The notes under the pieces: generated by a model
What the model was told of the DNA's origin: nothing
Database searches by the model: none
Seen by the model: only the letters and a program-made list of their open reading frames with translations
Position numbers and translations under genes: made by a program
In this document: positions 1 through 10,693 of the stretch, in pieces
Layout: every line of letters begins with the position of its first letter
How positions within the stretch are numbered: the stretch's first letter is position 1
DNA from: Vicugna vicugna
Taxonomy: Eukaryota
Direction of reading: 5' to 3'
Assembly (NCBI GenBank): GCA_013265495.1
Contig: MU058868.1
Location: forward strand, 3,722,669-3,786,668
Length of the DNA: 64,000 nt

Positions 1-1140
1 CTTTGTAAAAACGGGGCTGTGTTTTCTGTATTTCTCTGTGTTTTGCCTTTCTTCTTACATAGTACACCTGCACCGTATCTTAAGTTGGCAGTTTAATACA
101 TTCTGTTTGGTAGCTACTCACTATTCCAGATCGTGGAAGCAACAGTTCAACCATCTCTTTCTGACCAGCATTCTGTTTTCAGCTTGTCACTCCACATGCT
201 GCCTTGTCATGTCACTCTGCCATGCTGTACGTATGTTCTGTGCGCTCATAGCTTTCCTGTGCATTGAGGCAGTTTTCTTTGATCTGGGAAGAAAGTTGAA
301 TGCAGTTTATTTTCGGATCAGTGTAAGTAAGAAGAGCTCCACTGGGCCTGGTGAAGAGATCTGTTTTGGGACTCTCATCATTCGTTAATGGCTTTGTGAC
401 CTTGGGCTTATCACTTAAACTTTTTCATGTGGGGATCAGATTGAGTAATATCTTAAGTCACTTCCAGGATTAGTTTTAGAGCTCTTTGTATTTCCCCTGT
501 GCGCACCACCCCTGTGCTCTCCTACCTCCCTGCCTTTGTCCAGGCTGGTCCCTGTTCCTAAAGTGGGTGTGTCTCATCCACTCCCAGTTCCCTGTATGAA
601 TTCTCATCTGTCACTCAGAGCCCCTCTGCACAGATTCTTTCATAGTCTTCCATTTCCCCAAAGCTGGAAGTATTCTCTGAGCCTCCCAAAGCACATGGTT
701 CCTCTTTTATTACTTTAAAACCTTGATTATAGTTCTTTGTGTATAGATATCTTTTTTGTGTGACTATAAGTACTCTGTGGGCAAGATCTCCAGCTTTGCT
801 GACTACTGGGCCTCACCTCCGGTAGTAGCTGCTGCATCAGTATGTGGTGGAGTGTGGATGACCAGACTTGAGAAGAAAGTGTTCAGAGTAGGAACAAGAG
901 GAGGTTAGCACTGCATCTTGGGTACATTGACATATTAGTTGAAGCATGTATTGCAGAAGATTTTGTATAAATAGCTTCCATACATCATATACAATTTACC
1001 TTTATTAGATCTAGGATAAATCCTTTCTCCTCCACGAGTCACTAGCAAAGAGTTTTAAGTTTTTTCCAATTTAAGTCATATGTGTGAGTTTAATAGGCAG
1101 AAAGACCGTGGTTAATTTCTAGCATGTGGGCTTCTCTTAG

Positions 1141-1303
1141 GCCCTCTCCTCGGCTGCTGTGCACAGCTACAAAACAGAAGAACAGTGGCCAGAATTTGGA
1201 AGAGGATGTGGGTCCCAATGGACAGAAGACAGATCCTCCCTCTGCAGAGAAGACGCTCATAGAAGAGAAGGTCAAGTTGGAAGAGCAGCTGAAGGAGACC
1301 ATG
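1141..1303 (+). CDS. GRPEL1: GRPEL1 coding exon 2 (163 nt)
   Basis: Acceptor cttctcttag|G CCC TCT CCT CGG; donor ACC ATG|gtaagt; encodes PSPRLLCTATKQKNSGQNLEEDVGPNGQKTDPPSAEKTLIEEKVKLEEQLKETM. Confidence 0.96.
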
Positions 1304-1794
1304 GTAAGTCCATGGGGCTCTTGGGGGACGTGGTCTGTTGAACTCCAAGTAAATCTCTTCCAAGGATGCCTGGCCAGCCTTCATGCTTTATTGACAAGAG
1401 AGGCTGAAGCCATCTTTGTCCAAGGACTGCGGTTGGGTCTTGCAACAAGTTACTGCTGAAGAAGGGAATAGGGCCCAAATCCCTTGTGGCTCTGGTTCTG
1501 TCATAAGAATCATCTTTATGTGCTACGTAGACTATATTGAATTAAGACTTAAAACGGTCTTTACAAGGGAGGAATATGCAGGATGGCTGATTAAGCTGGC
1601 TCTTAGGGAAGGATGAGGGTAGGGGGCAGAGGTGTGGCTATGTGGTGCTCTCATAGGAAAGGGGAAGTTTTATGAACGAGTTAGTGATACAGATTAGTAC
1701 CCTGGGTGAAAAAGCACAGGTGACACAAATTAGATCCTTTAGGGATTTAAAAATGATCATGTCAAGCACTGATGCTGGCACTGTTTTAACCCCT

Positions 1795-1905
1795 TTACTT
1801 ATATAAATCCTCACGTCAACCCTGTGAGTCAGCTGTTAGTATCCTTGTTTCCAAATGAGGAAACTGAGGCTCAGGGCACTTCAGTAACGCTCCCAAGGTC
1901 ACCAG
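1795..1905 (-). mobile_element. MIR SINE fragment
   Basis: Core-like aatcctcac..aaccctgtgag..aatgaggaaactgaggctcag..cccaaggtcac. Confidence 0.75.
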
Positions 1906-2635
1906 CAGGCCAGGGCTGTGCCTAGTACGCCTTGCTCTTCAGGCTGCATTGGAATCACCTGCAGGCTGAAAACAGAGGGAGGGCCCAACACAGTAACTGA
2001 GTGCATGGTAAAAATAGAAATGCCAGGAGATGAGTGAAATTACAGGAAAAGTTGTGAGAAATGAGGAGGATTTCAGAATTCGGATGATTATTACACAATA
2101 GATGTTTCACCCGAGCCATATCTAGGCAACGTTAAAAATATATGATTCATTGATGGGGTTGTACCTCTTCTGTAGGGTAGCGACCAAAACTGTCCACCAG
2201 GCTCGTGGTTCTCCTGAACCTCCTCAAGGCATGGCCATGAGGCAGTCAGCCCCTGTCCAGGATTCTAGGATTCCCTTAATTGAGAGATTCTGCTGAGCAG
2301 TGAATGGTCCTTCCTTGTGGGGAACTGTCAGAACCCCAGAAACTAGCAGCTTTTTCTTGTCCTTTCCACAGCTGCACACTTAAGTGAGGGTGGCCTTAGG
2401 GGCTGTGTGAAAATGTGGCACCCGGCCATCTTATTACCCACTTAGAAATCGTGACACAGGTTATTTCTGCTTATTAAGCAGCGCTGTCTGTAATCCGGAA
2501 TCTCAAACAGAACAATAGATGTTATTTGTATTTTGACTTGGAATTTGTTTTATCAGATTTGCTTTCCTATGAATTTGTTCCATACTTAATCCATGTATAT
2601 TCCACCTCACACCTCCCCCCACTTTTTTTTTTAAG

Positions 2636-2717
2636 GAAAAATATAAGCGAGCTTTGGCTGATACTGAGAACTTACGGCAGAGGAGCCAAAAATTGGTGGA
2701 GGAGGCAAAACTATATG
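2636..2717 (+). CDS. GRPEL1: GRPEL1 coding exon 3 (82 nt)
   Basis: Acceptor poly-T-aag|GAA AAA TAT; donor TAT G|gtaaat; encodes EKYKRALADTENLRQRSQKLVEEAKLY(G). Not shown in frame on the ORF track. Confidence 0.96.
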
Positions 2718-4039
2718 GTAAATTTTAAATATTGTATGATAATGATCCTGGAAGGAAGAAGAGGGCTGTGTCAGACATGATCAGCCAGGGGTGGGGGTTG
2801 GGGCCTGCTTGTGGCAAGCCCTCCAGTTTGTAGGTTGGGTCGGCTGTCGCCTGGAAGGAGCAGAAATACCCATGACTCGCATTTGGAGCTGTGATTCCTC
2901 TAGTGAGGGGTGTGTCGATTGCTCTTCCACGTGAAGACTTGGTGTGAGCTCATAGGGGCCTCTGGCAGGTCGGCCCTCTGAGGTTCACATCCTTAGCTAG
3001 AGCAGCCTCAGAGGCACGTTGATATCACCTAAGATCTCCCATAACGCTGTCTGCTTTGTCGTCTTTGGATGTTTTTGTCCTCGTCCTTCCCATTTCACAG
3101 TTGAGATCAGTGAGGCTTGAATGACCTGCACTCACCACAAAGCAGGTAACGGCGCTAAGGCCCATCTCCCAGCTCCACGCGTGCTGTGTTGACAACATAG
3201 AAGGCTGCCGTTTGAGCCGTCAGCCAGGCGCCATCTCCCCACGTTATAGATGCGGAACCTCGGGCTCACGACCGGAGGGTCAGCGCGCGTGGCGGCGGTG
3301 CGAACTAAGATGCAGGCCTTGTCATGTTTCCTCATTCAACACAGAACACTGCTCTTCTTGAAACACTTTGGTTTTGGGTGCTGTCACCTCAGCTCCTGTT
3401 TTTCTTCCTCTTTCTGGTCATCCCCTTCATTGGCCGCTTATCTGTCACCCTCCACGTGTCTGGGTTCTTCCAGGCTCGGAGCCAGCCGGCCCCCTCACTG
3501 TGTCCCCCGGGGACTTGCCCGTCTGATGGGTCTAAATGGCGTCCACGCACAGGGTCGCTTTCCAGCTCAGGCGTTCCTCCTGCGCCTAGTGTGTCCTGAC
3601 CGGGGTGTCTCACAGGGATTTCAAACTGGGTTTCCCCTTTGCCTGTGCTTCCTCTCTCCCTGCTTTAGGAAATGATACCGTTACCCACCCAGGCGTTTAG
3701 GTCTGTCACCTGAAGCCCTCCCTCAAGCCCACGCCCCCCGCCTGTGAGTGGTCGTCGCTGGGCTCTGGTTCATCCAGCTCCTGCTGCTGCCTCCACTCTG
3801 GTCCAGGCCAGCATCAGCCCTCGCATCACCGCCCACAGCCCGACCAAAGTGCCGTTAAAGTGCAGTTCGCCTACAGCACACCTCCACCCGTTCCACCAGC
3901 CACTCTGGAATCTTCGGCTCTCTAGGTCTGCCTCTTCGTGGTAGACTGGCTGCCGTTTGGTTCCTCAGATGCTTGGATCACCCTTGACTCTCCAGGCCTC
4001 GGCTCACGGAACCCTCCCCCGACTCCCTAGTCTAAATGA

Positions 4040-4210
4040 AGTCCTTCATAGATTACTTTGTCCTTAGCGCTCGTGAGTGCGCCTTCGTCTGAGTGTGATT
4101 TGTGACTGTATTTGTCGCCTATGTGATCATGTGCCTGTCTCGAAGCCTGTGCACTCCATGAGGGCAACAGTTCCCCAGCAAATGGCACAAGGGTGACCTA
4201 TAACAGATGC
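4040..4210 (+). mobile_element. L2 LINE 3' end fragment
   Basis: ctgtgcactccatgagggca...tggcacaagggtgacctataacagatgctca resembles the L2 terminus. Confidence 0.5.
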
Positions 4211-4529
4211 TCACTGTTGTATTAGGCAAAAATTTTTTAGGTTTCCCTGTAAAGCAGGCGCATGGAAATACTGCATAAAGTAGAGCCTTTGAGGCTTGAG
4301 AAGACTTGGGCAGGTCACACTGGAGCATCGGACCAGGGTGGGCGCAGTGCCGTGTGGCCTTTGGGGACCCATCAGGGGTACTCTGGTCACTAGCATGCAG
4401 CATCTGAAGCGTTTTCTTGAAACCACAAACATTCATATTTATGTAAAATGTTCTAACATGTTATTTCTTCTGTAGATTAAAGTTAAGACCTGGGGTGTGT
4501 CCTGGAAGCTGTTACCCTGTAGTGCCAAA

Positions 4530-4700
4530 TAACTGCTAATGCTTACTGAGTACTGAGAGTGTTCCGGGCACTCTGAGTGTGTAGAACTTTGACCCTCGTG
4601 AGCACGCTGTGTGTTAGATAGTCTTATCCCTGTTTTATAACTGAAGAAGCTGAGGCCCAGGGAGGTTAACCAGGATCACACAGCAGTTCAGTCCCAGCCA
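4530..4700 (-). mobile_element. MIR SINE fragment
   Basis: cttatccctgttttataactgaagaagctgaggcccagggaggttaa..ggatcacacagc. Confidence 0.65.
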
Positions 4701-5062
4701 GGGAGACGTTCCCGGGCCCGTGCTCTGTAGCTGCGCACAGCAGCCACCTCTCCCTGGCGGGCCCAGGGCCGCAGTGTGGCTGGACTTCGTGGGGACAACA
4801 GGCTCTGGAGTTTACGCCCCTCTCAGTCTGGGCAGGGCTGATGTGAGGGGTCTGCACTTTGAGCTGCCTGTCTCTACCTCACTGGCTCTTGTCTAAACCT
4901 CAGAAGTTCGGGTTTTAGTCCAGCCAATGAAATTCTAGGACAAACGAATGATTTGAAAAGGTGCCTTTCAGCAGCCTTTGCATGAAGGAAGTAGGGCTTC
5001 GAGATCTAATTGCCCGGGCAGTTGATACGGATGCAAATGATATCTTCTTTGACTCCGCCCAG

Positions 5063-5409
5063 GCATCCAGGGCTTCTGCAAGGACTTGCTGGAGGTTGCA
5101 GACATCTTGGAGAAGGCAACAGAGTCAGTTCCCAAGGAGGAGATCAGAGACGACAACCCCCACCTGAAGCACCTCTACGAGGGGCTCCTGATGACCGAGG
5201 TCCAGATCCAGAAAGTGTTCAGCAAGCATGGCCTTCTCCGCCTGAACCCCCTGGGGGCCAGGTTCGACCCGTACGAGCACGAGGCCCTGTTCCACACGCC
5301 AGTGGAGGGCAAGGAGCCCGGCACCGTGGCGCTGGTCAGCAAAGTGGGCTACAAGCTGCACGGGCGCACGCTGAGGCCTGCCCTGGTGGGCGTGGTCAAG
5401 GAGGCCTAG
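5063..5409 (+). CDS. GRPEL1: GRPEL1 terminal coding exon 4 (347 nt to stop)
   Basis: Acceptor ccgcccag|GC ATC CAG GGC TTC TGC; GrpE C-terminal motifs FDPYEHEAL and KVGYKLHGRTLRPALVGV; TAG at 5407-5409. Confidence 0.97.
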
Positions 5410-5688
5410 CGCCGCCCACTGCTGCGCGTACGAGGCCCTTCATCTTTTCTCCTCTCTGAATACTTTTGATCTTTTCCTAAACCTTGTCGGAAGCCCTTAG
5501 TAACCAGTGGCTCGACAGAAAATTAAGCAAGTTGCATTAATGAACTCTTAATTCGGGAGTCCGTTCATTGATTTTTACTGTCCCTAGGTCCTCGGGCTTA
5601 CAGAGCAGGGCGACGGGACTCGACGGGACCGTGGGGTGTCAGGAAAACCTCTGTCTACTCACACTCTGGTGACGCCATGTTTTAAATG

Positions 5689-5694
5689 AATAAA
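5689..5694 (+). terminator. candidate proximal polyadenylation signal for GRPEL1 (AATAAA)
   Basis: AATAAA 280 nt after the stop codon; use not provable from sequence. Confidence 0.4.
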
Positions 5695-6171
5695 GGTCTG
5701 CGCGGAGCCTGCAGTTTGGGTAGCTGGCGTCGCCACCACCCCGCGTCCTCTGTGTCTCCCGGAGCACGCGTCCGCTGCCTTGCTTCAGTGAAGGAAGGGC
5801 AAAGGTTTAACTTTTTTTTTTGCCAAGAAAAATTTTATGATGCCCTTGGTGAAGAACATGTTTGAATTCATTTATCATCAGCTACCGTCTCACCGCTAAA
5901 AGTGATCGCCTTCTGGCTTTTGGAGCTGAGAAGTGAGCGGGTGCACTGTTAACAGTCCTCGCCATCTGATTTTGCCAGTAACTTGAGTCTGACAAAATTG
6001 GTTACTTTTAGCCTGTTTTGTTCATCTTTTTATAGAAATGTTTAAATCTGTAGCCAGCTAGTTGCTAATGACCTGAAGATATTTTTCCCTAGTAAGATGG
6101 ACTTTTTAAGGAATCCAAGGGCTGCATGCTTGGTATATTTTAAATGTTAATGTTTAATTTTATTTAAGAGG

Positions 6172-6177
6172 ATTAAA
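6172..6177 (+). terminator. candidate distal polyadenylation signal for GRPEL1 (ATTAAA)
   Basis: ATTAAA in an AT-rich block followed by a GT/T-rich stretch (gtgtattttcc...tattttgtgtgctttgg). Confidence 0.45.
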
Positions 6178-7392
6178 GCCCTGATACGTGTATTTTCCTA
6201 CATTCTGATAACTATTTTGTGTGCTTTGGTGGCGGAGATCCTTACAAGGATAAGTGTGACTTACTGCTCAAGTCCTGAGGCTGTGTACCCAACACGTGAC
6301 CACGCCGGCTTCTGTACCTGAAGGGAGAGCAGCTTCCCCAGGGCCGTCCCTGGCAGGCGAGGGCCTGGGCCTGCGCGTGTCCGCCTGCAACCATGGAGAC
6401 AGCAGGAGCCAGAACACACAGGGCACTCCGTTCCTCCTTTACGTTAGGGAAGAAGTTGAATGACTGAGATGGCTGTTATCAACAAGAGAAAAAGGAACTT
6501 CCCACTGTCTCTGCTTCTGCAAGGTACTTCTAGGATTGAAGGTCAAGTGCCGTTAAATCTAGTTACTGCATTTAAAAAGGCAGGGCCGTCAGTTTGGAAG
6601 ATGTAGGTAACATTCCCAGTTACATTTATACGATTTCAAAAGATTTCCCTCTTTTCCTTTAAGCTGCTTTAAATTATTTTGTCAAAAGTATAGCCCAGAA
6701 TTAAAAGCAGCCTATGGCATCCTGAGAAACAGGACGGGGAGTCACAGCCTGCTTTTTGTACTGTGTAACTGTGAGGCCATCATTTCACCTCCCTAGACTC
6801 ACTTGTAAGATGAAGGGTGAATTAGAATTTTCAAACTAACTTATGTGAATGTGTGCAGTCCCCTCCCCTCCGTCTTCAGCTAGAGCGGCACCTGCTAAGA
6901 GGCTAAACCTAGAGAGTCTAGCTTACATTTGGGGAACCGTGTCCCCATCCATTGCCACCAGGAACAGGAAGATAGTGCTGTTCATACCAACACTGGCGAT
7001 TAAAGACCGGTGAGGGCTGCTTTCTCGTGAATTCCAGGGTTTCGCGTAGTTGCAGTCTGGATCTGCCGCACAGGGCCCACGACGGAGCCAGCACTCGTCC
7101 ACTCACCGCAGACCGTGCAGCCTGGCTCGTGGAAGTCACCCTTCTCCAGGTGTTCCGCTACTTTCAGGAAAGGAGGGGTGGCAGGAAGGGTTTTCTGCTT
7201 AACAGAAGTCAATTTTAACTCACAGTTTGGAGAAAAAACTGGTGTGATACAGAAGCACCACACTAAAACATGTCACGGACTGTCCCCCATTCTGTGTTTG
7301 AAAGCCGGTTCACACCATCTCCAAGGCTCTGAAAAGCTGAGGCTCGAGGGGCAGGTGGTAAAAAGCAAGCAGTGACACTGGTTCTCAACCTG

Positions 7393-7398
7393 TTTAAT
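7393..7398 (-). terminator. candidate TADA2B polyadenylation signal (ATTAAA on minus strand)
   Basis: Plus-strand TTTAAT, about 2.3 kb past the TADA2B stop. Confidence 0.3.
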
Positions 7399-7985
7399 GT
7401 GTAAAAGGGAGAGAGAGTAGTAGGCGGGGTTTCAGTTTTATCACATTCTCGGAGTGTTGGCCGTCCAGAGCATTATTCTGGAATAGCTGAATTATCTTTC
7501 TTGACTCAAATTGTTTAAATTTTGAAAAGACCTAATTCCATTGGATTCCGGTGACGAATTTATCCTGAGAATTAAATACATAAATGTAAAGGCTCCGAGC
7601 AAACAGCAGGGTAAGGACTGGTGTTGACAGTAATAGCTGGGCTTGGTGGGGTAAGAGGCAGCCAGTCATAAGATGACTTTTCCCCTATAACAAAGTGTTA
7701 ATACTTTAACATAAATTAATTATACATTCATTATGATGTTTAAAAACAGTTAAGCCTAAATAAATTCTTCATACCATCAAGATACACATACAGAAGACCT
7801 GCTTAAGCACAAAGTTTTTCATTCGACAGGTCTTGGCCGGGGCCACACATATTTTCAGGGATCTTTTGCTTCTCAAGCTTAATGAAAGGCTGGCAATCAT
7901 TTTATATAAAAATAAGACTAAATTTAAAACCTCACCAAACTAGGAATCTGATGTAGAAAATCGAAGATACCAGAGTAGCTAAAGC

Positions 7986-8142
7986 CAGTGGTTCTTGAAC
8001 TCTCGCCTGCATCCCAGTCCCCTGGAAGGCTTGCAAAAACAGCTCCATGGACCCCAACCACAGGGTTTCTGATTCAGGGGGACTGGGCAGGGCCTGAGTG
8101 CGCTTCTAGCAGGTTCCCAGGAGCCCTAGATGAGGACCACTG
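7986..8142. mobile_element. MER5A-like hAT DNA transposon (MITE) remnant
   Basis: cagtggttcttgaa...gtttctgattcag...agcaggttcccagg...gaggaccactg; degenerate terminal inverted repeats. Confidence 0.65.
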
Positions 8143-8369
8143 GCCAAAAGCCCTGTAAAAACTTAGCACCGTCCCCATCACAGCTTGAATAGACAGTACC
8201 GGCTCTGTTGGCCACAGTTACCCTGCAAGGGACGGTGTGGGAGTGGCCTTCAGGAATGACACTAGTGCTGGCTATTTCCTATGGTCAAAGAGAAGTCCTG
8301 GGCACAGGGAGTGCTTCTCCACATGCAGTGTATTTGCAACTAAAGCCACATACAGTATATTTGAAATAT

Positions 8370-8375
8370 TTTATT
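8370..8375 (-). terminator. candidate TADA2B polyadenylation signal (AATAAA on minus strand)
   Basis: Plus-strand TTTATT in an AT-rich block about 1.3 kb past the TADA2B stop. Confidence 0.45.
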
Positions 8376-9700
8376 TAATGCTGGAAAATCTACCCTAGGG
8401 GCAGAAGGATGCAAAAAGAAAGGAAAAGGCACCGTAATTAAGTCATCCTTGGAAATGATGAGGTTTTTTTTTTTCTTTCAAATAACTTCACTTTAATGTA
8501 ACTTCAAACCCAAACATTCTAGGAGGTAAACAGTCTTGGGGGCTATGGGGGCAGGACAAGCTCGGGAGGGGTGGAGCCCCGGGGCCACGGCCACTCCGCC
8601 CACTCTTAAGCAGGGTCTTGGACACCAGAGCCCCGAGCAGCCGGAAGTCATGCCTTTCTCAAAGTTCTGGAAGGAAGGTACCATGTACGTCCGTGAAAGA
8701 CCACCCCTGAACGTGTTTCTAAACCCGGCTGGGCGGCAGCCGCTCTGAGTCTGGTTGGAGGCAGCAGCCTCAATGCTCCCTCCCACCCTGACTTGGCTGA
8801 GTGCCTGATGCCACCCCCAGGAAGACACATGGCCAGAGTCTCGGTGAAAGAGGTACTTGCAAGGGAGCTGAAAACCCTGGAGGGAGCTAACACCAGAACC
8901 CAGAGCTCTCAGCCTGACTTCTAAAACGAGTTTTTCCAAGTAAAATGCACTGCAGGTTCTAAGAGCAGCAAGCAGCAGCCCCAGGGGAGGCTGCTCAGTG
9001 TTGTTCTGGCAGCTGGAGCTGGTCCCAGTCCCCTCCGCCCCCGCTTAGGCTCCCCCCAAAGCACCCCTGAGACCCAGGGGGTCTGCCGTTCCTCCCACCA
9101 CAGCTCCGCCTCTCCCACCCTGAGCTCAAACTGCCACTACCTGGGGGTTAAGGGGAAGCTCATGTGGCCACTGTGTTTGACACCAGATTCCTCCTTTAAA
9201 GTCCCTACTGACGTCCCATCCTGTCCCACAGCCCCACGGTCCCACCTGCCTGTCTGGCCCCCTCTAAAGTGCCACGTGCCGGGCTGTGCTGGGGGTCTGG
9301 GCCGCCGTGGGCGGGGAGAAGCTGGAGGCCAGGCGGGGAATGGTGCTCCTTTACCTACAGAACGACAGTCGTGTACCAAAGGGAAGAAACAAATAAAAGG
9401 AAATTACTCTCACACTATTCTCCAAACTGAACACATGAAGGCAAGTCGTCATCTTAAAGGATTACTTTTAGGACTAAGTTAAAATATACATATATCTGCC
9501 TCCCCCATGATCCGATATAAGACTGTTACTATTGCTTCTTCAGAGGACCGTAAAAAGAATTTGTATCCTAAAAAAAGGAACTCAATTTGTTTAAAAAAGA
9601 GCAACAATGGGGAAAAAGCGTTTCCTCCCCCCTCCCTCGCCCCAATCATTTTGGCTCACAAGCTTCTTAGCATCATTCCGGCTTTCACAGCGCCCTGGCC

Positions 9701-10693
9701 TCAGGAAGCATCCCTGGATATCCAACCACTTTCCGTGAGGAAGTTTAAAATCCTTTTCTTGAGGACTTTGTCCAAGTAACTGGGAAGGCGGCTCTTGGAG
9801 GGAATCCCTTGCCGTTTCTGGAGGTGGTCCTTAATGATGATGGTCTTCACGGTCACGTAGCGCGCGGGGCTCAGGTTCAGGGAGCTACAGAGCACCTTCT
9901 CGCGGTCCGACAAGAGCTCGAAGCCGGGCAGGTGCTCGATGGCGGCGAACTCGCTGTCCTTGCCGTCCTCCTTGCCCCTCTTGGAGGCCGCCGCGTTTTT
10001 GTTCTCCTTCCGCTTCTCGCGCTTGTGCCGAGCCGCCTCGTACTCGGCCGACTCCTCCATCTTGGTGATGCCGTTGCGCCGGTACCGCTGCAGCTCCCGG
10101 ATCTTGGCGCGCAGCATCTTCTCCTTGTGCATGTTCTCGAACAGGTCATCGAACTCCTTGCAGGACATGAACTGGTAGAGCGGCCGCAGCTTCAGCCGCA
10201 GCTCCTTCTCCTCCTTGGTGACCTTGCGCTTGGCCGCCTTCTCCTTCTCCTTCTTGTCCTTGCCCAGGAAGGCCGGCACCAGGTTGTAGTCGCGCGCGAT
10301 GTTCTTGCGCCGCTGCCGCTCCTTGAGCTTCCGCACGTACATGTCCACGTGCGCGCGCTTCAGCTCGATCTCCACGTCGTCGTCGTCGTAGTTGACCGAG
10401 AGCCCGCTGATGAGCGTCTCGGCGTCCTGGTCATACTCGATCTCGTAGTCGTCCCGCAGCGGCATGTAGCCCAGCTGCTGCTGCTCGGCCACCGAGATGT
10501 CTAGGGGAGGCAAGGGGGTGGTGAGGCTGGGAGAGAGGGGGCCTCCACTGGGGCAGGTGTGGTCTGTCACCCGATTGGGGATGGTGTCGGGGATGCAGGC
10601 TTTCCCCAGGTTTCCGTGGATGTACATGCTTACATAATGCTCCATCACTTCCTGGGGAGTCCGGGAAGCGCCAACGTGGGCAGCCATGTCTTC
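9701..10693 (-). CDS. TADA2B: TADA2B coding exon 2 (993 nt to stop)
   Basis: Acceptor gttgttgtag|GAA GAC ATG GCT; ORF 9701..10687 includes GYMPLRDDYEIEYDQDAE and LSDREKVLCSSLNLSPARY. Confidence 0.98.
   Translation of the reverse strand, partial: EDMAAHVGASRTPQEVMEHYVSMYIHGNLGKACIPDTIPNRVTDHTCPSGGPLSPSLTTPLPPLDISVAEQQQLGYMPLRDDYEIEYDQDAETLISGLSVNYDDDDVEIELKRAHVDMYVRKLKERQRRKNIARDYNLVPAFLGKDKKEKEKAAKRKVTKEEKELRLKLRPLYQFMSCKEFDDLFENMHKEKMLRAKIRELQRYRRNGITKMEESAEYEAARHKREKRKENKNAAASKRGKEDGKDSEFAAIEHLPGFELLSDREKVLCSSLNLSPARYVTVKTIIIKDHLQKRQGIPSKSRLPSYLDKVLKKRILNFLTESGWISRDAS

Larger units (their letters stand above)
1141..5409 (+). other. GRPEL1: GRPEL1 gene, partial (coding exons 2-4; join 1141..1303, 2636..2717, 5063..5409); mitochondrial GrpE nucleotide-exchange factor for mtHsp70
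   Basis: Spliced translation (R)PSPRLLCTATKQKNSGQNLEE...LKETM|EKYKRALADTENLRQRSQKLVEEAKLY|GIQGFCKDLLEVAD...GRTLRPALVGVVKEA* matches recalled mammalian GRPEL1. The exons total 592 nt, so a 62-nt first coding exon upstream would give 217 aa. Confidence 0.97.

Noticed and set aside
5120-5127. GRPEL1 ATESVP versus recalled human ATQCVP (loss of a cysteine)
   Set aside because: I recall Ser at this position in other mammals, so it is probably ordinary variation. An alignment is needed to say more.
9809-10504. 231-aa antisense ORF over TADA2B exon 2
   Set aside because: Shadow ORF caused by extreme GC3. Its ends coincide with the high-GC3 block, and the product is Leu/Val/Ala-rich with no recognisable family.
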